Shown: in pieces, positions 57,039 to 64,000 of the stretch
Layout: every line of letters begins with the position of its first letter
How positions within the stretch are numbered: position 1 is the stretch's first letter
Assembly (NCBI GenBank): GCA_903835255.1
Contig: CAILMI010000064.1
Coordinates: forward strand, 1,233-65,232
Source of the DNA: an uncultured Verrucomicrobia subdivision 3 bacterium
Lineage (GTDB): Bacteria > Verrucomicrobiota > Verrucomicrobiia > Limisphaerales > UBA11358
Direction: 5' to 3'
DNA length: 64,000 nt
The notes under the pieces: model-generated
The model's input: the letters and a program-made list of their open reading frames with translations, nothing else
What the model was told of the DNA's origin: nothing
Databases searched by the model: none
Program-made: the position numbers and the translations under genes

Positions 57039-58016
57039 ATGAAAATTCTGCTTACCACCACCTCTTTCCAGGACACGCCCGGCACCCATCATGAACTGCT
57101 CAAACAGACCGGCTGGGAAATCATCACCGCCCGCGGCCCGCTGAACGAGGCGGACACGCTCGCGCGGGTCGGCGAAGTGGATGGCTACATCTGCGGCGAC
57201 GACGCCATCACGCGCCGGGTTCTCGAAAAGGCGCGCCCGAAGCTGAAGGTCCTCAGCAAATATGGCATCGGCGTGGACAAGATTGATGTGAAGTCCTGCA
57301 CCGAATTCGGCATCCCGCTGCTTTTTACGCCCGGGGTGAACCACACCACCGTGGCGGAACACACCTTTCTGCTGTTGCTCTCGCTCGAAAAGAATCTTCT
57401 GTTCCATACCGACTCGACCCGCGCTAACGGCTGGAAGCGCAAAACCGGTCACGAGCTCTTGGAAAAGACCATCGGCATCATCGGCCTCGGACGCATTGGC
57501 AAGGAAGTCGCCATCCGCGCGAAGGCGTTCGGCATGCATGTCATCGGCTTCGACGTTTACTGGGATGAAAAATTCGCGGCGCAATACGGCGTACAGCGCG
57601 CGGCGAACCTCGATGAAATTTACGCGGCCAGCGATTACATCTCACTCCATACCAATCTCACGCCGGAAACCCGGGACATGATTTCCGCAAAGTCATTCCC
57701 GAAGATGAAGAAGGGGGTGCTTATTTTAAACTGCGCGCGCGGCGAGATTGTTCACACCTCCGACATGGTGGAGGCGTTGAAGTCGGGCCAGGTGGGCGGC
57801 TACGGCACGGACGTGCTCGATTCTGAACCGCCCGCGCCCGATCATCCGATGCTTAAGCTGCCGAACGTCGTCTGCACGCCGCACGTCGGCTCGCGCACGT
57901 ATGAGAGTGTGGTGCGACAGGCCACCTGCGCCGTGAAAAACCTCATCCTCGCCATGAACGGTGAAAAACCCATCGCCCAGATCAACCCCGAGGTGCCAGT
58001 GAAGAAAGCGGTTTGA
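57039..58016 (+). CDS. D-isomer-specific 2-hydroxyacid dehydrogenase (PGDH-like)
   Basis: NAD motif IGIIGLGRIGKEVA, and catalytic Arg/Glu/His contexts (NCARGEIV, TPHVGS). Confidence 0.88.
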   Translation: MKILLTTTSFQDTPGTHHELLKQTGWEIITARGPLNEADTLARVGEVDGYICGDDAITRRVLEKARPKLKVLSKYGIGVDKIDVKSCTEFGIPLLFTPGVNHTTVAEHTFLLLLSLEKNLLFHTDSTRANGWKRKTGHELLEKTIGIIGLGRIGKEVAIRAKAFGMHVIGFDVYWDEKFAAQYGVQRAANLDEIYAASDYISLHTNLTPETRDMISAKSFPKMKKGVLILNCARGEIVHTSDMVEALKSGQVGGYGTDVLDSEPPAPDHPMLKLPNVVCTPHVGSRTYESVVRQATCAVKNLILAMNGEKPIAQINPEVPVKKAV

Positions 58017-58117
58017 CCCATAGGAATTGATCTGGATCCAGTTGTTTTGTCCGCTTTTTGTCCGACAAGACAATTGGATTTTTTGCCCTAAACTGCTGTC
58101 ATCCAAATAAAACAATT

Positions 58118-59215
58118 ATGCCCGAAACCTATTTTGTCATTCCCCAGGAAAAACACGATGCGCTCGTTACTCAAGCCTATCTGAAGCGAGGATATGACGC
58201 CGCGGAAGCTGCCGCCGGCGCGCGGTTCTGCGCCAGCGCCGCCTATTACGGCATCCGCACGCACAACGCCATTAAGGCGCTGCACCTCGACGAGCTGTTC
58301 GGCAGCAAAGTGGGCCGCTGGACGCCCGGCGCGAAGATTGAAAAGCTGCCGTCGCGCTTCGCCGCCGCCGAAATCTGGAATGGCCACAACAAGCTCGGTC
58401 AGGCTGTCGCCTACGAGGCGATGGACACCTGCATGAAGCTCGCCGATAAATACGGCGTGGGGATGGTGAGCGTGGACAACGCGACGCATTATCTCTGGGG
58501 CGGGGGCTACGTGATGGACGCCGCGCTCAAGGGCTACCTCGCTTACACTAACTGCACATCGGCTACATCCGAAGTCGTGCCGTTTGGTGGCAAGACGCCG
58601 ACGATGGGCACAAACCCCCATTCGTGGGCGTTCCCGACGCAGGACGCAATCGGTTTTCCCATCGTGATTGACTGGGCGACTTCGACCATCGCCATGGGCC
58701 GGGTGCAGGTGATGAAGCGCGAAGGCAAACAACTTGCGCCCGGTTGCGCGGTGGATGCCGATGGCCAGCCGACGACGGATCCGAACAAGGCCGTGGCGCT
58801 GCTCCCTTTCGGTGGCCACAAGGGGTACGGCCTGGGTTTAATTGATGAACTCTATGCGGGCTACATCGGGGGATCGCTGCCGCAAATTCGCGGGACGAAG
58901 CTGGGCGGCGAAGGCGAGAAGCGCGGCTCCACGTTTTATTTTCAAGTCATTCATCCCGATGCGATGAAGGGCAACGACTACGTCCAAGGCCGGTCGCAGG
59001 TCCAGAACGTGAAGGCGATCATCGAAGACGTGCTCGGCCACGGCAACGAGAAGTGCCTGCTGCCCGGCCAGCCGGAAGCGCGCTGGGGTGCGTTGTCGAA
59101 ACAGCACAATGGATTGCTCTTCACGAAAGCGGAGATCGAGGAACTGAACCATCTCGCCCACGAAGTCGGTGCCGCTGCGTGGAATCTGGCTGAATTCAAA
59201 TCGGTTCAAGTCTAA
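58118..59215 (+). CDS. Ldh_2-family (malate/L-lactate/ureidoglycolate dehydrogenase type 2) oxidoreductase
   Basis: 365 aa from ATG 58118. Family-typical segments NPHSWAFP and FGGHKGYGLGL. Confidence 0.8.
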   Translation: MPETYFVIPQEKHDALVTQAYLKRGYDAAEAAAGARFCASAAYYGIRTHNAIKALHLDELFGSKVGRWTPGAKIEKLPSRFAAAEIWNGHNKLGQAVAYEAMDTCMKLADKYGVGMVSVDNATHYLWGGGYVMDAALKGYLAYTNCTSATSEVVPFGGKTPTMGTNPHSWAFPTQDAIGFPIVIDWATSTIAMGRVQVMKREGKQLAPGCAVDADGQPTTDPNKAVALLPFGGHKGYGLGLIDELYAGYIGGSLPQIRGTKLGGEGEKRGSTFYFQVIHPDAMKGNDYVQGRSQVQNVKAIIEDVLGHGNEKCLLPGQPEARWGALSKQHNGLLFTKAEIEELNHLAHEVGAAAWNLAEFKSVQV

Positions 59216-59240
59216 ACTTTTTTCAACTACCAAATAATTT

Positions 59241-60335
59241 ATGAGCATCCCATTACGCGACAAATCCACCTGTCAATACGACCAGATCTCTCTTGGCGAA
59301 GTCATGCTCCGCCTGGACCCCGGCGAGGGCCGCATCCGCACCGCCCGCAATTTCCAGGTCTGGGAAGGCGGCGGCGAATACAACACCTCGCGCGGCCTTC
59401 GCAAATGCTTCGGCTACAAAACCGCCGTCGTCACCGCGTTCGTGGACAATGAGGTCGGCCATCTGGTTGAGGATTTTATCATGCAGGGCGGGGTGGACAC
59501 GGACTTCATCCAGTGGCGCGAGGACGACGGCATCGGCCGGACGGTCCGCAACGGCCTTAATTTCACCGAGCGCGGCTTCGGCATCCGCGGCGCGGTGGGC
59601 AATCCCGACCGCGGCAACACCGCCGCCTCGCAGCTCAAGCCCGGGGATATCGACTGGGACCACATCTTCGGCAAGGTCGGCGTGCGCTGGTTTCATACCG
59701 GCGGCATCTACGCGGCGCTCTCCGCCACCACCGCCGAACTGACGGTCGAAGCCGTCAAGGCCGCCAAAAAACACGGCACCATCGTCAGCTACGACCTGAA
59801 CTATCGCCCCTCGCTCTGGAAAACCATCGGCGGCCTCAAGAAAGCCCAGGAGGTCAACCGCGAGATCGCTAAATACGTGGACGTGATGATTGGCAACGAG
59901 GAGGACTTCACCGCTTCGCTCGGCTTCGCCGTCAAGGGTCAGGAAACTCTGGGGCATATCGAGACCGATGCCTTCAAGGCGATGATCGAAACCGCCGTGA
60001 AGGAATTTCCCAATTTCAAAGTCGCCGCCACCACGCTGCGCCATGTCATCACCGCCACAAAGAATGATTGGAGCGCGATTCTCTGGCATGCGGGCAAATT
60101 TCATGAAAGCCGCCAATATCCCGGCCTCGAAATCCTCGACCGCGTCGGCGGCGGCGACAGCTTCGCGTCGGGCGTGCAATTCGGGTTCATGGAATTCAAT
60201 GACGCGCAAAAGGCGGTGGAATATGGCGCCGCTCACGGTGCGCTCGCCTCGACCACTCCCGGCGACACTTCCATGGCCACCCGCAAGGAAGTGGAAAAGA
60301 CCATCGGCGGCGGCGGCGCCCGCGTGCAGCGTTAA
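59241..60335 (+). CDS. PfkB-family sugar kinase (2-dehydro-3-deoxygluconokinase-like)
   Basis: ISLGEVMLRL entry, DLNYRPSLW, and ATP/anion-hole motif GGGDSFASG. Confidence 0.85.
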   Translation: MSIPLRDKSTCQYDQISLGEVMLRLDPGEGRIRTARNFQVWEGGGEYNTSRGLRKCFGYKTAVVTAFVDNEVGHLVEDFIMQGGVDTDFIQWREDDGIGRTVRNGLNFTERGFGIRGAVGNPDRGNTAASQLKPGDIDWDHIFGKVGVRWFHTGGIYAALSATTAELTVEAVKAAKKHGTIVSYDLNYRPSLWKTIGGLKKAQEVNREIAKYVDVMIGNEEDFTASLGFAVKGQETLGHIETDAFKAMIETAVKEFPNFKVAATTLRHVITATKNDWSAILWHAGKFHESRQYPGLEILDRVGGGDSFASGVQFGFMEFNDAQKAVEYGAAHGALASTTPGDTSMATRKEVEKTIGGGGARVQR

Positions 60336-60418
60336 AATCATAAATCGGCGGGGCGAATTCCACGAGGCCAAACCAGATTAGGGACTCGCAGCGCTCACCC
60401 CTCCGAAAAAACAACAAC

Positions 60419-61237
60419 ATGAATACATCCAAAGAAATTTTCTCACTTAAAGGCGACGTTGCCGTGGTCATCGGTGCCACGGGGGTTCTGGGCGGCGCCT
60501 TGGCCGAGGGCCTTGCGGCGGCCGGCTCAAAAGTCGCCGTGCTGGGCCGCAATGAGGAGCGCGGCCAGGCCCGCGTCAAAGCCATCACCGATCAAGGCGG
60601 CCAGGCGGCCTTCTTTGCCTGCGATGCGAGCTCGCGCGCCAGCCTGGCTGAAGCACACAAGAAAATCGAAGCTTCGCTCGGCGCGCCGACGATTTTGGTG
60701 AACGCCGCCGGCGGGAATGATCCCAAGGTGACGGTCACCGCGGAAAATCCGTTCGAGTCCATCTCGCTGGAAGCGCTCAACGCCAACCTTGATTTGAATT
60801 ACATCGGCGGCGCTTTTTTGCCCTGCCAAGAATTCGGTCCGGCCATGTGCTCCCGCGGCAAGGGCAGCATCATCAACATCGCCAGCGTGTCGGCGCACCT
60901 GCCGCTGTCGCGCGTGATGAGCTACTCCGCCGCAAAGGCGGCGGTCTTAAACCTTTCGCAATTCCTCGCGCGCGAGTGGGCGACCAAAGGCGTGCGCGTG
61001 AATACGATCACACCCGGCTTTTTCCCGGCGGAGCAAAATCGCAAGCTGCTCTTTAATGACGACGGGTCGCCCACGGCCCGGACGAAAGCGATCTGGGGCC
61101 ACACGCCGATGAACCGTTTCGGCGAATCCAAGGAGCTGGTGGGCGCGTGCGTCTTCCTCGCATCCCACGGGGCAAGCTCGTTTGTCACCGGCACGGACAT
61201 CCGCGTGGACGGCGGCTATTTGAGCCAGACAATCTGA
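60419..61237 (+). CDS. SDR-family oxidoreductase (sugar-acid reductase-like)
   Basis: Cofactor motif IGATGVLGGALA, NAAG, and catalytic YSAAK (YxxxK). Confidence 0.88.
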   Translation: MNTSKEIFSLKGDVAVVIGATGVLGGALAEGLAAAGSKVAVLGRNEERGQARVKAITDQGGQAAFFACDASSRASLAEAHKKIEASLGAPTILVNAAGGNDPKVTVTAENPFESISLEALNANLDLNYIGGAFLPCQEFGPAMCSRGKGSIINIASVSAHLPLSRVMSYSAAKAAVLNLSQFLAREWATKGVRVNTITPGFFPAEQNRKLLFNDDGSPTARTKAIWGHTPMNRFGESKELVGACVFLASHGASSFVTGTDIRVDGGYLSQTI

Positions 61238-61538
61238 CGAAGGTTTAACCCGACTTCCGAAGTGGGCCCGGCACTTGCGGCTCTTCGAACGGATAAAGCC
61301 GCGCCTCCTCTCCCCGCCCTCTCCTCCTTTTCATGGAAGAGAGGGAGCGAAGGCAGCGACGCCTTGCCGTTGTATCCCCATTTCAACTTCAGAATCGAGT
61401 TTGAAATAATCCCTTTTGACCTGCCGAACGAGGCAGGCCAGGCTCTGCCGCGCTAACCCCGATCCCAGGCCTTCTCCCTCGCCCCGCGAAAGCGTGCGCG
61501 GGGGAGCGTGATTGGCGAGCCTCTGGCGCAAAATCCTG

Positions 61539-61675
61539 TAGCAGTTCTTAGCAACTTTGGGACAGGTAGGGCGCGTCACTCCGTGCGCGCCGTCGCGGTC
61601 AATCCGCACGCGTGGATTGGCAACGGCGGCGGGCAGAGGACAGCCCGCCCTACCCGCCGATGTTCCAAGGTTAAT
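61539..61675 (+). repeat. Dispersed intergenic repeat, copy C (module 1 + full palindrome + module 2)
   Basis: Same modules and orientation as 281-344, with 73 extra nt between them that complete an 88-nt palindromic unit. Confidence 0.85.
61566..61653. repeat. 88-nt imperfect palindromic (REP/MITE-like) unit
   Basis: Perfect 8-bp terminal inverted repeat GTAGGGCG ... CGCCCTAC. The 34-nt arms are complementary at 21 positions without gaps. Central hairpin CAATCC-gcacgcgt-GGATTG. Confidence 0.75.
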
Positions 61676-61712
61676 TTTGACTTTTATACTTCAGAGTTCG
61701 GGTTCAAAATAA

Positions 61713-61749
61713 AAAGCGTCCGTTGAAGAATTTCTTCAACGGACGCTTT
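61713..61749 (-). terminator. Rho-independent terminator after the MFS transporter gene (hairpin usable on both strands)
   Basis: Perfect 16-bp stem AAAGCGTCCGTTGAAG / CTTCAACGGACGCTTT with a 5-nt loop. The minus-strand reading continues into TTATTTTG. Starts 24 nt downstream of the transporter stop. Confidence 0.8.
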
Positions 61750-61772
61750 CTTTGGACGCAAATTGTAACCGC

Positions 61773-63176
61773 TTAAAGAATAATCTTCTTAAACTTCGGC
61801 ACCAGCAGGTGCATGAGCGTCCAGGCGGTAATGTAGGCCACGCCGCAGATGACGAACATGATCCCGTAGCCGACCTCGACTTTGCCCAGCGCGGTGTAGT
61901 GCTTGAGCAGCAGCCCGGCCGCGCGGGCGATGAGAATGCCGCCCACAGCACCGGCCATGCCGCCGATGCCGGTGACCGAGGCGACGGTCTTTTTGGGGAA
62001 CATGTCGGAAACGGTGGTGAAGATGTTGCACGACCAGGCCTGATGCGCGGCGCAGGCGATGGCGATGGTACCCACCGCATACCACGTGTTGATGGCCCCG
62101 AGGCGCGAGGCGAGCAGCACCGTCAGCGGGAACAAGGCGAAGAGGAACATGGCGGTTTTACGGGCCCGGTTTGCGTCCATGCCTCCATTGATGAACTTCT
62201 TTGGCAGCCAGCCGCCAAAAATCGAGCCTGCCGTCGAGACGCAGTAAACAATGGCCACGGCGAATGGCCAGCTGATCACGCCGGGAATATCGGCTTCCGT
62301 GCCGGTGTAACCCGGATGGGCGGCTAGGAATTCTTTCACCTTGCGGGCGTTTTCGCCGGCCAGAAACGAGGGGAGCCAGAAGAGGAAAAACCACCAGATG
62401 GGATCGGTCAGGAATTTGCCGACGACGAACGCCCAGGTCTGGCGGAAGGTCAGAAGTTTAAACCACGAGACTTTTACTTTGGCGACGTCAGCGCGCTCGG
62501 CCTCCTGTTCGTCCACATCGCTGTGGATGAAATCGTATTCCGCCTTCGATAGTTTTCCGCTCTGGAGCTTCGCCGTCGGGGAGGCATACAGGGCATACCA
62601 AAACGCGAGCCAGGTGAAACCAACCGCGCCGGTGAGAATGAAGGCCCATTCCCATCCCCAGGCTTTGGCGATGTAAGGCACGGTCAGCGGCGCGACGATG
62701 GCGCCGACGTTGGCGCCGGAGTTGTAGAGTCCCGTGGCGAAGGCGCGCTCTTTTTTGGGGAACCATTCGGCGATGGCCTTGTTGGCGGCGGGAAAGTTGC
62801 CTGCTTCGGTGACGCCCAACGCGGCCCGCCAGAAGCCAAAGCTCCACGTGTGGTGCCCGAACGCATGGCCGATGGCGGCGAAGCTCCAGCCGATGAGCGA
62901 CCACGCGTAGCCCGATTTCGTGCCGACCTTGTCAATCAGCTTGCCGACAAAGAGCAAGCCCACCGCGTAGGCGATCTGGAAGCAGATCACCACGCTGGAA
63001 TAGTTCAATTCCTGATCCGCCTTGTCCGGACCGAACACGCCTGCCGCCGAGAGCACCGGCTTGAGCAGGCCGAGGACATTGCGATCCAGGTAGTTGATGG
63101 TGGTGGCGGCGAAGATCAGCGCGCAAATGGTCCAGCGCTGGCGTCCGATCTGTTCATTAACCGATGAAAAGCTCAT
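61773..63176 (-). CDS. MFS transporter, hexuronate (ExuT)-like
   Basis: 12-TM MFS with the N-terminal signature TTINYLDRNVLG typical of ExuT/anion:cation symporter members. Confidence 0.85.
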   Translation of the reverse strand: MSFSSVNEQIGRQRWTICALIFAATTINYLDRNVLGLLKPVLSAAGVFGPDKADQELNYSSVVICFQIAYAVGLLFVGKLIDKVGTKSGYAWSLIGWSFAAIGHAFGHHTWSFGFWRAALGVTEAGNFPAANKAIAEWFPKKERAFATGLYNSGANVGAIVAPLTVPYIAKAWGWEWAFILTGAVGFTWLAFWYALYASPTAKLQSGKLSKAEYDFIHSDVDEQEAERADVAKVKVSWFKLLTFRQTWAFVVGKFLTDPIWWFFLFWLPSFLAGENARKVKEFLAAHPGYTGTEADIPGVISWPFAVAIVYCVSTAGSIFGGWLPKKFINGGMDANRARKTAMFLFALFPLTVLLASRLGAINTWYAVGTIAIACAAHQAWSCNIFTTVSDMFPKKTVASVTGIGGMAGAVGGILIARAAGLLLKHYTALGKVEVGYGIMFVICGVAYITAWTLMHLLVPKFKKIIL

Positions 63177-63655
63177 AAATTTAATTCATTTGTGCCGCGA
63201 GTGGGTGGAGGGAAGGCACGGACTCAGATTGCCAAAATACCACCCGGGTTCAAGCGCTTATATTCCCCAATCCTTGGAAAATGCTGCGCAGGTACAAAAG
63301 CGGCTCACAGTGCATCGCCCGTGCCGTGTTGGCCCGCCATGGCAGCATTGATGAAGCCGGTCAGCGAATTTTTTTAGGGCGCTTTAATATGTCACTTAAA
63401 ACTTGCACGCCACGCTCATCTGTTTTAGGGTGCACGCAATACTGATTTAGTGGTTTAAAACCGTGAGCCCGCAGCTTTGTGGCCCCAGCATCCGCTTGGT
63501 GTTTACTGGAATCAAAAAATGAATCACTTGTACCGTCAGCCCATAGAAAACGCATGAAGACTTCAAACTCTGCGGGTGTGTGTGTGTTGGTCAAATCACA
63601 GGCTCTTTTGCAACAGTCAGAAAAAAATATTGATTTTTCACCCGGTCCATCGGGC

Positions 63656-64000
63656 GTGGTCTTAAACCAACTTCGGTTTCGTCCTTTTTTGGCGGCCCTA
63701 GGCCTGGTCCTCTGTGTTTTCGTTGCTTCGTCAGCGTTCGCTGCTCCGCAGGTGACCACCCTGGTTGCCACGGGCGTCGCCGTTACCAATGCCACCCTCA
63801 ATGGTGAGGTGATCCCGGGTAGTCTGGAAACTCGGGCCTGGTTCGAATACGGCACCACCACGAACTACGGCAATCGCACTGCAACCAATACGCTTGCCCC
63901 TTCCCTCATCGCCAACGCCGTCTCCAATTTGATCGCTGTTGTGCTGCCCGGCACGACGTATCATTTCCGGCTGGTAGCCACCAACAGCGACGGCATCACC
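63656..64000 (+). CDS. Secreted repeat-domain protein, 5' partial (continues past window end)
   Basis: The frame is open from 63467 to 64000. It is absent from the ORF track because there is no stop in the window. Signal peptide LNQLRFRPFLAALGLVLCVFVASSAFA|AP, then a beta-sandwich-type repeat (VTNATLNGEVIPGSLETRAWFEYGTTTNYG...TTYHFRLVATNSDG). The start is ambiguous: GTG 63656 or ATG 63554. Confidence 0.7.
   Translation, partial: MVLNQLRFRPFLAALGLVLCVFVASSAFAAPQVTTLVATGVAVTNATLNGEVIPGSLETRAWFEYGTTTNYGNRTATNTLAPSLIANAVSNLIAVVLPGTTYHFRLVATNSDGIT

Noticed and set aside
63840-63848. GGTTCGAAT, a tRNA T-loop-like string, and similar GGGTTCAA strings inside the GAATTY motif copies.
   Set aside because: The 63840 site encodes WFEY inside the secreted repeat protein. 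None of the sites has flanking acceptor, D or anticodon arms. No tRNA is supported anywhere in the window, though this is by-eye scanning only.
63361-63861. A 166-codon minus-strand ORF.
   Set aside because: Its N-terminal two-thirds overlaps, in antisense, the signal peptide and first repeat domain of a much better supported plus-strand gene. Only the last ~65 codons are free-standing, and they match nothing I recognise.

Overview
This is a GC-rich (roughly 60% by eye), densely coding chromosomal segment with about 60 protein genes on both strands. By eye I found no rRNA, tRNA, CRISPR array, transposase, integrase or phage gene. Most of the content is housekeeping. Amino-acid, nucleotide and cofactor genes include trpD, proC, the argB-argD-(alkA-like)-argF run, pyrE, pnp-cdd, folP, coaD and moeB-like. 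Translation and RNA genes include tyrS, rpmF, truA, trmL, an rluA-family gene, rnc and tsaC. Repair genes are mutL, ruvX and an AlkA-like glycosylase. Lipid genes are yceD-rpmF-plsX-fabH. Envelope and signalling modules include:
- a MacAB-like efflux triad
- a soluble PAS histidine kinase, a sigma-54 NtrC-like regulator and a polytopic GT-C-like membrane protein
- folP-cdaA-ybbR-glmM (c-di-AMP)
- an exosortase/EpsI polysaccharide locus (ABC exporter, DegT aminotransferase, exosortase, EpsI, priming sugar transferase, UDP-glucuronate decarboxylase)
- a FecR-like protein plus a CHASE2 class III nucleotide cyclase
- a ThuA-DUF1080 fusion with two TAT-signal Gfo/Idh/MocA oxidoreductases
- a sugar-acid utilisation cluster (2-hydroxyacid dehydrogenase, Ldh_2, PfkB kinase, SDR, ExuT-like MFS)
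This gene repertoire suggests a PVC-group (Verrucomicrobiota-like) bacterium. That is inference only.
I did not find a convincing novel multi-gene protein system. The least explained signal is non-coding. Three unusually long gene-free spacers (1-677, 36885-37542, 61238-61772) share a modular repeat family. It includes an 88-nt imperfect palindrome that is complete in one copy and present only as its right arm in another, and a ~20-nt GAATTY-core motif present at least 7 times and only outside genes. Secondary curiosities:
- two uncharacterised zinc-ribbon ORFs following mutL, the first translationally coupled to it
- a degenerate PilZ-like ORF at the end of the plsX-fabH operon
- an intrinsic terminator between the FecR-like and cyclase genes
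- short tandem repeats in two divergent promoter regions
All functional calls come from motif recognition in the supplied translations. No database search was run.
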